From: Balanoglossus misakiensis
Lineage: Eukaryota; Animalia; Hemichordata
DNA: 64,000 nucleotides
Assembly (NCBI GenBank): GCA_040954595.2
Contig: CM082588.2
Span: 3,122,513-3,186,512 of the forward strand
Direction: 5' to 3'
In this document: piece after piece, positions 26,701 through 40,900 of the stretch
Position numbering within the stretch: the first letter of the stretch is position 1
Layout of the letters: each line of letters starts with the position of its first letter
Position numbers and translations under genes: made by a program
Notes under the pieces: model-generated
The model's database searches: none
Seen by the model: the letters and a program-made list of their open reading frames with translations, nothing else
What the model was told of the DNA's origin: nothing

Positions 26701-29700
26701 TCCTCACCGGTCTGTGTCGCCGATGACTTCTTGCCGTCGGGCACCTCCTCCCCCTCCTCATCAGATTCCTTAATGGCTGGCATCGTGCTCTTGCGGGGTG
26801 TCTTCCCATCATCCTCTGGGGCTAGGCCCTCTATGGTAGTTCCGATCCTGTTAGAAACACAGATTGCTCTTAGTTTCTCAAAAGAGAGTCAACTGATCTA
26901 AACATGCACCTCTGAAAAAAGAACTGAGAATGGAGGACTTGCTGTCTTCTACAGACAAAATGTTTTTCCACCCTTTCACCATAAGATGACTAGTTCCATC
27001 AATTCTTTTCAGTGCGCTGGTTGAATCCATCAAATCAAAAGGCAACACCTTTTTATAAAAATAAATGGCTGTCTCTATTGTGTCTGGCAAACAGAATCAA
27101 TATGTTGCATCATGACTTCAAAATTAAATCTTTCCTTAGTATTGAAAAATTTAATTTTGAAACAGATAAAAGGAGAAAGGAAAAAAAGCCTGCAATGTTT
27201 AATTTCGTGGTAACTGATATCATCGCAAAGGGCTTTGTGAATGGGTACAAGAATTCAGTGTTGCTAAAGTCCGGGAATGGTTTACCGCAAGCTTTAGAAT
27301 GCTTTGTGTTCTCTGTTTACTGGATACAGTGTACTTTTACAAGCTCGTTTACTGGCAAGTGTTGGCATAATTACATACTTGTGTTGCACAGAAATCAAAG
27401 ACTTTACTCAGCTGTAACCTTATCTGTCTGGCACAGTAGAATAGCCCGCCACTGTTGTCACCTTGATGGGCTATTCCACAGTATGTGGAATAAGGGTGAC
27501 AGCATTTGGCATGTAAGGGCTGAGTATGTCCTTGGGGAAATAGTGAGTTTCAAGAGACAAGTTTATCGCATTGTTTCGTATAGAATGAGTCAAGTTAAAC
27601 AAAGGACTATTATTCTCAAGTTCCTGAAGAAATATCATAACTTTAAAAGTGAGTTACATCAGCTCTCCTAAAGGTTACCAATGAAGTTATTGACAGATGT
27701 GTTCCAGTTTATAGATTTTATTACCGCTTGTAAACATAACATTGACAGTGTAAAGGCAGCAATATCATTTTTATAGGGCCTGTTATAACATACCTGTTCT
27801 AAAGCTGTAACAATGTACTAAAATGTAAATACATTGTTACAGAGATGTATAGCAATTTATTGGCTGAAATTACACATACTTCACCGGTGACACCAGTCAA
27901 CATAACTGACCAGTGTAGTTTTCTGTCGTCAAGACGACCAGTTGCGGTATTTTTGTTTCTTTGGGGTTTTAGAGTTAGAGTAAACATTTCCCTTTGCAGT
28001 AAACATTTGCTTTTGAGATTGGAAGAATTGTATCTATAGTGAATAACTGGTAGTCTGCCTGAGGTACCAATCAGTACGGAGTCTATATATTTTGGTTGTG
28101 TTAGTTTCTGGTTGTCAGCTGTCTATATTCTCATCTTAGAGACAATTTGGGAGCAATGATTATAGCTCTATGGTCCATGTCTGTGTCAAAACCACACCAA
28201 AGTCCTCATGGATTTTGTAACCTTTTGAGCCTATGAACCACTTCTTGTCATCAAAACCCCAGCTTATAAAAACATTTCCTGCGGCAAATTGACACACATT
28301 ATGCAACACAGATAGGGATTTTAGACCAGTACAACAGCCCTAAGATATCTGACGTGCAGCCAGGCAATTACAATTGAGTGTTAGTTAGCAAGGACCGTCA
28401 TGAGGGGCACTTTTCAAGTTAGTCAAACATGTACATGTATATGTAGTAATCATTAGCTCCTAAGTTTCTATGACAACAATTAGCATCCCATCACCAAGCA
28501 ACCGCTGAAGCTGTATATGTAGCAAATTCACAACAAGACTCAGTTTGATGATTTGATAATTTCTGAACTTACCTCCTGATAAGGAGATAGATGAATCAAA
28601 AAGAAAACAAAACAAACAAATTATTATGCATTTTTCTTAAAACAATGATTCCCTGTAATTCTTTATTTCAAACATTATTATTGGGATTAATGTTTCGCAA
28701 GTTATAAAACACCTGAAATGGTTGACTTTAATATTTGTTAGGTTTAATAAAAATACATATTTTTGTTAGAATAAAAGCTGACGTTACATGATGATTTTTA
28801 GTTTCACTGCAAACATGTAGATTTGAAGAGATAATTTTGGAATATCAAACACTAAAATGGCGCCAAGTGGCACTTTAAGAATATAATATACATTTCATAA
28901 AAATCTTTTATCAGCAAGGCCCATGTAATTGACTTATATTCAAAACTCCACTGCAAATATCCTTTTTTTAAAAATTATATGAAAAATAAACAAAATGTTT
29001 AGTCAGTATTTTCAATGACTTACCTTGGCAGTACAAGTGTGTTTGATGTGTGTGGTCTGTAAGTTGTTGCTCTAGACATCACTGAATCTGCAGTGTCTGG
29101 CCTCTGTGGGGAGAAAAACAAAGAAACATTCATGGCTCAAAGTAATTAGGAAATAACAGAACTATTTCTTTTCTTGACGTACAGTACATGGATATTTAGA
29201 AACGTTTTAGGCAGGTGTTTTTTTACCGACTATAATCACTCACCTACAGTAATTTACAAATGACTAGCCATAATCTAGAAAGCATTAATATAACATGTTA
29301 CCATGACAAAAGAATTAATCTGCATGTAAACTGCCATGAATTATAAATTGACTAGTCACACACATAGTGTTTTCATGGGGAAGTTGGATCTATATCCTCA
29401 AGGTTATGTTGGCTAGTGTTGTTCTCTGTTTGTACATGTACAGCTCTTTGCATTCACAGCAAAGCTTACTGTGTGTTTTGAGATCAAATGACACGGGCAA
29501 CATCCATGTCTGGGTGTGCTGCCATTATCAAAATCCTGAATCAAGCAATTATTTCAAGATGAAAATGTCACAATCACATGGCAACAAAGTGATATTGTAC
29601 TTTTAGTGCCTGCTTTTTACAGAGTTTGCAAAACAGTGCACTGGTAGCAGCTTAGATACCGGCACTCCATTCCACTACCATGTTCTTGCACTTGGTAGCT

Positions 29701-31369
29701 CAAACAATTCCTGTAACCGTGGACAACCTAACTGTTAGACCCAGTGTGGTGCTATTTGCTGGGCAAATAAAACTTAGGTCACTTGACAGGCTGGCAAGCA
29801 GATGCTAATCCATCACCTGAGTGCTAAGTGTCTATATGGAAAGATGTTATCTGACACTGCTAGGCTCACTAGTATGAACCCAAGTTTTTCATGATCCACA
29901 CAAAAGTTCTTGCCAGGGAAAATAAAGTTGATGACCTGATCTAAAACAAACAAAAAAGACACCGGCAAATATATTGAAGATTGGAACTCACATTTTTGAG
30001 CGCCTCAGCTAAGCTGCCACTGCCGTCCATCATCTGAAGAAAGTCTTTGTAGAATTTCATCTTGACTTTGCCATCCCGGACAGCCAGACGTCCGATACCG
30101 GAAAACGTAAATTCCACATTGCGTCTTGCACCCACAGCCCTAGACAATGCCAGTAGGACTTCTTTGACACAGCCTTCCACTGTGTCTCGATCAAAGGGGG
30201 TCTCAGTGGACAGTGCAGAAAAGTTGAGTTGAACTATGGGAATTTGACCTGTTGGTTAAAAAAGTACAATAACTTTATGACAAGTGGTCTTAAAATGTTT
30301 GTGAACAATTCAATCAAAACTACGACTTATAGAATATTAACTGCAATTTTTAATGTTTTTTTATGCTTACCTGTTGTGTGATACTTGGAGTAATTTAGTG
30401 CATGTGTCATTGCAAACTTTTCTGACAATAAAAAGACTGGTCTCTGAATTAGAATGTATTTATTATTTCCTATGTCCAATTTCTTCTGAGAGAATGTGAA
30501 TATTCCAAGACCTGGGATTTGAACACCCTGTGGGAAAAGATATGAACATGCGATTAATTTATCTTCAATAAAGTAAAAAAGAAATGGTGATCAGCTAGCA
30601 GTGAGACTGGAAGCTTTAGATCAGTGTCTGTTTTCATTCACAGAATAGCTATTTCGTCACTATCATGACTGTAGATTACTTTGATTAATTTCAAGTGCCC
30701 TTCCAGTTTGCAATATACATTCAATCACACATTGATACGTCCACGATTGAATATACCGGTGTTGTGGCTGCGATCCGTGTCAATCCATCGCATCGGTGAT
30801 CAAGTTAGATACCGTAAACATTGAGACTACTTCAACCAGGTAAAAGTTAAGATCATGTAATATTTAGACTGCAAACAAATCTCAGGAAGACAAGTTATCT
30901 GTGTTACGTGAAGTGGCAAAGCTTTGCATGTGATGATCGCAGATTCAAATCAAAGGTTACAAGGGACGGTACCGAAATTAGAGTGTCTGGCGTTACACAA
31001 ACAAACAGTTTATTCAACGGAGTCCAACTACCAACGGCGGCATTGTGTCACACGCCAGACTCGATAACAATACATAAATTAGACCCACCTTTTGCATACT
31101 CATATGACGTTCGATGAACTGTGATACGTTGTCCCAGACGCTGACCACATCTGAAATTCAGAAAACATACCAATCATATCAAATACCTATTAACACAAAT
31201 GTACGATCGCGTAGAAATCAACGCTATCGGCGAAAGATTGTCGCCATGTTGGTTATACCTGCGGCACACCTCCGTGGCCCACACACTCACCTTCGTCGGT
31301 CAACTTGGGAATCGTAGAAAATCTATTCTTTTTTGCATCGGAAACAAGCGCCTGTATAACGTCCGTCAT
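23799..31369 (-). CDS. CCDC81: Coiled-coil domain-containing protein 81 (HU-like N-terminal domains; centrosome/cilium-associated), multi-exon
   Basis: MTDVIQALVS...VVSVWDNVSQFIERHMSMQKGVQIPGLGIFTFSQKKLDIGNNKYILIQRPVF...VEGCVKEVLL...KVKMKFYKDF...GQELCYLCHQR...EQCDKYHRCAQCKRRVENCGESNIWSESRYIPGSRLIM* matches CCDC81. Confidence 0.92.
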
Positions 31370-31992
31370 GGTGACAAGTAATTGGAGCCGGCACAAGGCC
31401 CAGCGAGGTGGAAAAAAGCCTGGATTTCACTTAAATCGTGGCCAGAAAATTGCCCAGCTGATGTCAATGTAGCAATGTGTTGGTTTCCATTGTCGCTGTC
31501 GATTCCATACACAACGTTACCATGACCACAATGAAACGCGATTGGCCGACATTCCTCATGAATATGCTAATTTAAAGTAAAGAACAGTTAACCTTTGACC
31601 TGCATATAACGGGAGTTCGGATAATAACAAAGTTAGCGCCCTCGACCAAATATCTTGATAATTATTGGTGAAAACACCACTTTTTTCACGAAATAAATAA
31701 CAGGCGGTTCGGCTGGTACTTTGTTGAAGACCAATAAAGCGTTTAGTGAACCACAAGGATTGAAATAAGTCTGTTATTCTGAATTAATTATGTTTTCCTA
31801 GTTGACTTCCATCCGAACATTTCCGAGCAATGCCGAGCACAAAAAGCCACATGACTAAGGAAGCGCAAAGATGGAGATCGGGAAAGTAACGTGTGTGGAG
31901 TGAAATGTTGGTGAAAGTCTCCTCTTACAGTTTCATCCTTCGCTATTTTCCCCCGAAAAGAAAGGCTTTTTCTTTCCTTACAATCAAAGAAG
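31370..31992. promoter_or_regulatory. Putative bidirectional promoter CCDC81/RNF17-like
   Basis: Divergent ATGs ~620 bp apart. ATTGG (CCAAT) boxes and an X-box-like GTTACCATGACCAC at 31516-31529. Confidence 0.5.
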
Positions 31993-34900
31993 ATGCTTAG
32001 GAGTCCAACGTGTCCAAACTGCTGCCGAAATTTTGGCACTCAAGGTTAGTAAAGATGGAGGAGGCATGTCGACCGGCCATAGTTAAAATGATCGAATTGT
32101 TTTGGACACGTGTTGAAAACCTGATGTTGGATACTTACCGTTTGACTGTGATAGTTGATAAGTTTTTCCTACAGCATGTGGTGAATGAATAAATGAACGT
32201 AACATTTGCTTGACTGAAAAGTTTATGGCAATGATGCAGTTGGAATCGGAAAGGTTGGCTGAACGGAAGGAAGTCGCTAGCCCTTGAAAGAATGAATCAT
32301 GTTGATTTCAAACAACTCCCTAGCCAGTCACTATTAAATCTTGCTCTAGCAACTACAGGATACTCTGTTTGCCAGTACGTGTGCGTGTTAAATGTAAGAT
32401 TTTCTTTTAATTTATAAAAGTGAATCAATGAAGAGCTGTGTTTTTGTTTTAATATATGTCATTAAAAAGAATTGTATTTAATTGTTTTTGACAGTTTACA
32501 AGTATCTTCAAGAAACACTTTTTATATAAAGAAAGCAGGCATATCCCTTGCAGATCTGTTCAATAGATTTACCTTCACACTGTCACCCTTCTCACACTCA
32601 CCCCTTGGCCCCCTAAAAATAATGGTATTGTCCAGGGGGGGCGTGGTGGTTAATCTGTTGAACTGATCCAAGGTCAAGGGGCACTGCTCTTTTTATTTCT
32701 CTTTCTCCTTGTATTCATTGGAGAGGGCAAAAGTGGATGTAGAGAGTTGTCAGTGCTTAATACTATGCATAAAAGGCCTGCTTTCCATATAAAGTATTAT
32801 TTGTAATGTAGATTAAAGTTGTAAACAACAAAACAAACAAAAAACATGTTGTATACACTTGTCAACAAACTGAAACAAACAACCACTGCACTTTAAGATA
32901 CAGCTCTTGATTGATTCATCATTAATTAAAGAAAACTTGTACATTACATACACGAACAAATCACACTTGTACACTACAAACACAAACAAATCAAACTCAT
33001 ACAGAACAAACACAAATAAATCAAACCTGAATTTTTATACAGACCCTTCAAGACCTCATGGTCCTCGCATACCTTTGCTACTCCGATGTGGTCACACATT
33101 TTGTGAAGGATGTCTCACCAAACTGGGAAAATCAAAGACGTCCATTCCATGCCCAAAATGTCAGGTAAAGTAAAACCCAAATAATAGCTGTACATTATGC
33201 TGAAAATCAGCAAATGCATTTTCATATGCTTTTGAGTGATGTCAATATCAACATTTGTACTATTTGATACTAATGAGACTAGAAGTAGCTGGGCGGTCAT
33301 TTAATTGCTACCTGTACCCCTCTTTGTATACAGGTGATAACGCCACTTGGCGAACATGGTGTCAAGGAGTTATGGCCGGATGTTTATGTCCTCGGACTCT
33401 TGGCATTGAACAGAAAAGTTATGTTTGATGGGTAGGTTTCTAATACTTACTGGTTTTGACTTAAACATTGTATTAATGGTATTGCTGATTGGTAGATTTT
33501 GATAATTTTTGCGTTAATTGGATTAAGATCGTCTGTAGAAAGTACTGCTCCATGTTCATCCTCATTAGGTCTTTTCTGTTATTGTCTGCTGATGATGCCT
33601 CGCTACATCTGACCAAGTAAAAAAAAATCAGTTAAAAGAAGTAACAATCCTGTCAATTTTACTGATCATACGTCGACCTGTCTTCTGCCATAGGGATGTC
33701 TTGATGAAGCTGTCTCAATTAGACGATGGAAAAACTAAAAGAAGAAAGAAGAGAGCTAAGAAAGTTGATGCGAGTGAAGTAGAAGGTGAGATGATGAGTG
33801 GATTCACTAGCAGCACATAATTGAAAAGAAAACTTCTCAGATTCATAACACGTTGGCAAGAGATGTGAGGAAGTGGTAATGTACAAACTTGAAGAAGCTG
33901 GCTCAGGAGAAACTTTTTGTGTGTGCCTACTGGTAAACTTTCATATCTTATCATGATTTCAGATCCAGAATCCACTGAAGAGGTGTGCGATGAATGTGGC
34001 AAGAAACCAGCTACCTGCCACTGTGTGAAGTGCGAGTCCAATATGTGTGGCGTGTGTTTCGATAAAGTTCACAAAGCTTCCAAGATTTTGATGAAGCATC
34101 AGGCGATCCCACTTCATAACATGAACATGTAAGTAGAACACAGATATGGGTTACTGGTGTATGCAGCTGGAAATATAGAACTGAAATAACTGGTGTGTGT
34201 GTGTGTGTGTGTGTGTGTAAAAGACTCATGCCTTGAAAATAAGTTGTTTTGATAATGTATTCTGTCTGCTTTTAAAACTAGAACATCGTTTGGCGTGTCA
34301 TGTTCAGTACATCCTGCCCGTACGGTAGAATTGTATTGTATCGATGATGAGGTCGCAATCTGCACAAACTGTGCCATCTTTGGTGACCACAGGCAACATA
34401 AGATTACGTCCATGGAGGAGAAGGTGAGATATCTGTGTTGAGTGTATTGAGGAAAATTGGTTGGTCAGTAAGTGAAATGTGGGCAAGATAGGGAATGGAG
34501 AAAGAGAGAGAGGGTAAGAAAGAGGAAGTGAAATTTTTTATTTCATAAATTTGATGAACCTCTTGTCCTCCAGAACCGAGATATTGCATCAGAAATTGAA
34601 CCCGCAGTACAAGTTGCCAAAGAGACCATTGACAAGTTGAAATCAGCAGACAGGGTAAGTTTCTCGCAGGTAGAAATTGATTTCTGTGAGTCGATCAAGA
34701 GAACCAAATGTTCCAAATCTTTGTGCTAAGCCCTCTTAAACAGTTCCATTACCATGTGCATGTTAAATATTTTTGGGGGTTGATGGGAATAACTAATCTC
34801 TATATTTCATTAGCTTCTGTCCGAAGCCATTCCTGAAGTAAAACACAATGTTGCCCACATCACGCAAGAAATCAGGTTACACTTCAGAATCCTACATGGG

Positions 34901-37900
34901 TTGTTACAAGTCAGGTAAGCATTTTGAGATTGCATCTGTGGAGATGTGACTGTGTTAACATTTGTCACAAACATCTTTACGGGGAAGCTATTCTGAGTGG
35001 GGCTAAGTTTCTGTTGGTTGGACATGTCAATTAGGCTCTTGTTTCCTACAGATGAGTAGTGAGGGTCTGGCATGTGCAGTTTCTGGTCGTTTCATTCAGT
35101 CAGTCAGAATATCCAAATAAAATCAAATCTACGAAACATAGTGATTACAGCTGATGTACACTGAATGTTACTTATTGTTGAACCACATAGAGCTTATACA
35201 ATTGAACTGATCTTTCACAGGGAGCAGATTCTGGTTGAGAATCTGGAAGAATCTGGTGTAAGCAAAGTGGAACCACTTGAAGACATGAGAGACAGCATTT
35301 CCATCAACCTGAAGAAACTCAGTCTACTCATCGATAGTAAGCACCGTTTTGACTGTTATTTGGCTCACTTGCCACCAACATCCTTACTGGCATTTTTCTC
35401 GAACATCCTATGGTTACCATAGATGCTGACTTCCTTTCTGTTACAGATGTGCAGAGGGCCAAGAAGACAGGAAACGAACTGGTGTTGAGTGCCAAGGAAC
35501 TGGTGGTACAGCTGTCAACATCGCAGGATATTCCCTGTAACGTTGTGCCTAACGAGAACGCCGACCAACCTGACTTCCAGTTCTCGATCGACAGAAGCAT
35601 CAATGGTACACTTGGCGAGCTGGGGCAGATTGAAAGCAGGGCAGCACCAAGGTAGATGGACTTGGTACTCCAGATCTGAATATTTGTATTTTGGTTCTTT
35701 TGATGGGATTGCAGTGTGATCCTGCATGTGGGAAAGAAAGGGAAACTGAATAAAATAGTTACCATACTAATTCCCTTGAATTTATTGCCTGTTTTGGGAC
35801 AGGGCGAATGAAGGTTACATCAGGAGGTGTAAGTGATGTGCATTGTCTGAGATAGTGTTCTCAAGTCACTTTTTGTTCCTTGTCACTATCACCATAGATA
35901 CACCCTGAAATCCTCCAATGAGTTGCCAGGTGACTGGGTCCCGCCTCCGTTGCCAAGGAGACAGACATCTCCATCGTCTCAGACAACTTATGGAGTCACC
36001 ACTGCTGCAGGAACCAGTACAGCAGGTAAAATAAAAAAAATATAGCATTATTTGGAGGGCTTGGCTATCGGGTCCCCTATCAAATCTGTTGTCATGTTTC
36101 TATAGGAAATGCAAGAATAATCTTGCGTCAACTCGCTACTGATGGCCCTCTATATATCCTATTACACTTACAGACACAGAGTTGAATAGATCAGAGCCAG
36201 ATTCGGTTAAACCTGACGCGATAGTCACCCCTGTTTCGCAAAAAAGCAGAACGTCACCAAGAAGCCGCATTGCCAGAAAGTTGGCTAAGAATGCGAAAGC
36301 TTCTCAAGGTACGTTTCCAAATTCTTGTCGCTCACCTTCACAGGGGGAAAGATGGTGTTCCATAAGTACACATACCTCTGTTGTTGTTTACGGCTTTCTC
36401 AATTCTACGGGTTTTATTTGTTTGATTTGCAGCTTATAATGAACTTGTCCACGTGACCCACATCGAATCACCGTGCCACTTCAAAGTCCAGCGATGCTCA
36501 GACTCGGATCGCTTTGAGGCCATGAAGAGAGCTCTCAACAAACACTGTAATGACAAGAAAGCTGAGACTGTGGATGAGGTAGAACCTGGTGAGTTTATGG
36601 TGGCCGGGGGTAATCATGTGCAATATCTGTTACTCCATTTTTCTCTATATGGGACAAACTATGTATTTGTATTTTTTTAAAACCAGGTAATGTGTATTGT
36701 TGTCAGTATGCCATCGACAAGATGTGGTGCAGAGTCAGGGTGAGAAAATTGATAGAAGATGATGATGAAGATGATGACTGTGACGAAGATCGCGCTGATG
36801 TGGTCTACATCGATTATGGAACAACAGAAGTTGTGCCTTTATCCAGATTGAGGAAGATAAAATCCAAGTATATGAATGTTCCGGATTTGGCCGTGACATG
36901 CTCTCTGGTGGACATTGTGCCATCGGAAAAGGTGAGCAGTTATATATTGCTTGTTTACGGTCCATCAAGTCTTAGAAACCAAACTTGTAGTGAAGTCTCG
37001 TGTCCATTTCTTACAAGATAGTTTTGAAAGAATATAGTATTGCACTTTAAAGGAAGACTTGAAGATCTCTGGCGAAGTTACAGAAAAATTTTGCATCACT
37101 GGACAGGTGACAGGCTGGTGAAAAATGAACTGTAGAATTGGGAATTTCTGTGGTCATTTGCATGGAATAGAGGCACAGTTTTATCTGCTCTATTAGTAAA
37201 ATTTTTCTTTTGAATTTTCAGAATGGTAAATGGTCAACTGAAGCCATCCATACGTTTGTATCCATGGCAGGACATAAACCCATCTTCATGACCGTAAGCT
37301 TTCCCTTGCTTATTGCAATGCCAGTGGATAACATATTTGATAATTCACTTAGAATTCCTCATAATCTTTCCAAAGTGAGAACTAATAGATTTGAAATGGA
37401 AAGAGAGATTGTGTAAAGGCCGGTCCATTGAAATTCCAATTGCTACAAGTTTTTCTTCTCTTTGAATGTAAAACAGGTGTTGAATCATTCTGGTGCATTG
37501 CTGTATGTGGATTTACACAAACCTCCCAGTGACGACATCGATAATGACGTCCCTGTGTCTGTCAGAGATGCTCTGGTCTTCTTGGAAGTTGCAAGGTTTG
37601 ATTCTCCGGCATCAAATCCCATTCCAGGCAGTAAGTGTCACGGTTTATTGTATCGTACACAAGTTGAGTGCAGTCAGACATTTTCTCATCACATCAACAG
37701 AAACATACACAGTCAATCAGTCCAGCAGGGACACTGAAAATTGGCCCTTACATTGTTCTTGCTGGAAAACTGAGCTGAAAGCAGTCCTTGCAGTGTATTT
37801 TTGTTTCCATAAGCTACCGGGTATGTATGTATTGTACTGTAGACTCGAGAATTTGTTCTGGTGCTTTGCGGAGATATCTGGTTTGTAGAGGTCCTTTTAA

Positions 37901-40900
37901 TAATGTTCTATGTAAAGAGAATTGAATCTTGAGTGGTACAGTACACATGCAAAGAAATGATCCCACATTAGTGAAGGAAGGAAGATAGTAAAGTTAATAC
38001 TTTATTCATGTATGTTTGCCTTAGTGCCCCCTGTCACACCACCACGCAAGTTCATCAAGCCAAGTATGCCAATGAAAGGTGACTATGTGGATTCTACAGT
38101 GTCACACATCATCAGTGCTGGTGATTTCTACATCCAAAAGGTGAGAGAATTTTACCTGAACAAGTACATGTACCGAAGTATGAGGGTTAAAGAGAAAACC
38201 GCTTTATTACCAATCATGTGACAATAAAATCTGACATGTACATTTCAGGTTGGCCCTGAAGTGCATCACCTTGCGCGACTCACCCAAGAAATGCAGACCA
38301 CGTTCAATGTGGAAAGGGGAGATGTCTGGCAGATACTGTGTCCTAGTGAAGGCATGATATGTGCTGCCAAGTATGACTTGGATAATACCTGGTACAGGGC
38401 AGTTATTATAGGTGGGTGTGGCAGGTGGCAGAGTTTGGTCTTAAGAAAACATGGTGTTCACTGTTCATAAAAATCACTACTTTAATTTCTCGACATAAGC
38501 ACCATCCCAAAATTCCGTCAACATCCTGTCTTCAAACTGGAATATATTTTGTGGAATGTTATAGGTCTGCCAGGTAATCATAAAGTGAAAGTGATGTACG
38601 CCGACTTTGGAAATACAGAAGTTGTGGATTATACAAAACTGCAGAAAATACCGGATGATTTCTGCAGACTGCCTGTGCAGGTATGTAATAGAGTATTCTA
38701 AGTCTTCTTCCATCTCTTAAATTAATGGTATTTGAGATAAGCAATAATTATGTTTTCATTCATGCGTAAATGCTTGGTTCATCCAACAGGCAATACGCTG
38801 TTCCATGGCAGACATTGCACCACTAGGAGATGGCTGGACTGATGTGGACTCTCACAAACTACAACAATTGGTTCAGTACAAGCCGCTTGTTGCACATGTC
38901 CAAGGTATGCAAATCTATTTGCAATTGTACCATGTGTACAAATTTTTCTAGCTAAAAGGACATGAGAATTCAATTTCATCAGTTTTAGTTGCTTGAAATG
39001 ATGTACCTTTTGACTTTTGTAGACGTGGTTGATAAGGTGCCATCAGTGTTGCTGTATGATACATCATCAGATGTGGATGTGTGCATCAATGCTGTGCTTG
39101 TGAAGGAAGGCTTGGCTGTCAGCACAGGACCAGGGTAAAGTACAATTCTCACTGTAAATTGTCAGAGGTGTCCAATTTGTATCAGCTACACTCAGTCCAC
39201 ATTGCTGCCAGTTGGCTATTTTATTTGTGATGTTTGAACGGTGAATTTGATTGTAGGTCTGATGTCAGTAAAGCTGCGATCAGAGCCGCACCACAAGAGA
39301 AAACGGAAACAGACGAGGAGGATGAGTGTAGAGTTGTAGGTCCTGTGGGATCTGCCAAGAAACACCCAGCGAAGTACAAACCGAAAATCAAACCGCCCGA
39401 CTACATCTCCTACACTGAAGTTCTGGTCAGCCATATTGAATCGCCGTTCTGCATCTACGTTCAGTTGGCAACAGCAGAAGAGGATGGACTGGATGAGTAA
39501 GTTGGTTGTAACGACGTACGTGATTGGCTGTACATGTCTCTCTGTTTCTAATCTCTCCAATAATAAAACAGTTTCTTTTCAAGTTGAAAGGCGTTTGCTT
39601 AAGACAGATTTTCACTGTTTTTGAAAACTGACAATTTCAGTGTGCTTTTATTTGTGTCGATCAGCTTGATGAAAAATATGACATCATACTACAGCAAGCA
39701 GTTGATATATGAAGATATCGAATGGACAGATGGAGACATTTGTGCTGCTTTGTTTGTCCAAGGGGAAGTCTGGTGCCGGGCGAAGATTGTGGCCTTGTTA
39801 CCGGGAGACTTGTGCGTGGTAAGTTGTCAAGTCTGCTGTAGGCTTTTTCCATTGAACTTTTTTCCATTGCTTTGGCTGAATTTGATGATGCCTGAAGCAG
39901 CTGTCAATGACGTGTTGAGTTTCAATTTCTCGTCAGGTCATATACACAGACTTCGGGAACTCGGAGGTCGTCGCCCTGACAAATCTGAGAAAGTTGAACA
40001 GGGAGTTCAGCTTGCCGTCCCCCTTTGCAATATGCTGTTACCTGGCTGGTCTCCAACCTGCTGGTGGAAAGACCTGGACCAAGACGGCGTGCGAATTTCT
40101 GATAACTCTCATCTGTGGTGTCCAGTGCTTTCTGGTCAACAAGGTTTGTGTGAAATTTGGACTTTCGTCAGATGTATATACTGATCACCATGTGTGGACA
40201 CTATTGTCTGGCAACAGGGATTTTTTACAAGCCACTGTGAATCAAGATATTCATGTATGGTATAAAGGGTAAATTTAATGCTACATTTCTGTGCAAATCT
40301 TTTGAGCAGAAAGATGACTATGGCAGTGGAATGCTTCCGATGGATCTTCTGTATGAGGTACCAGAAGATGTCAAACCAGAATCGCCTGCAGATTCTACCG
40401 AAGGGGTGTTACTGAGTGTAGCCAAGACATTGATACTGCAGGGACTAGCATTACCTGTCAAGACGTAAGACATATATTTCACTGTCTGTCAACATACTAA
40501 ATGTGATGATTTTAATTAAGTCCTGCATTTTCTTGAGTCATTAATGCATAGTGATTCAGGTGATCTGATACTACCCCGCCTCAAGGTTTACAGGAGTGTG
40601 TTTGGAAAAATAAAGAGTGAATGTTCCATAGGATGATTTCGTGTTGGTTAATCTTGTTAACCAAAGGCTTAATATTTTCTTTTCACTTTCCAGACTATCA
40701 TCCCAGACATTTTCACCCGATCAAATGTCCAGCATTGGCATTGTGGGCAAGAGAATCGATGACAAATCCAACGAGAACTCTGTGATGAAAGCCAAGGCCG
40801 TATCACTGATCATCAAGTCAGAGCACGCCAGTGACAGGACCCCGTCGGACGGAACCGAAAGCGAAGACGCGACGGACGGGATCTTCGACGATGCGGATTC

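Noticed and set aside
27012-27671. 219-aa + strand ORF inside a CCDC81 intron
   Set aside because: Non-ATG start, no recognisable domain and AT-rich composition. More likely chance or the shadow of decayed minus-strand coding sequence
40503-40568. GTGATGA…CTGA possible C/D snoRNA in an RNF17 intron
   Set aside because: No terminal stem, no recognisable rRNA antisense element, atypical host gene
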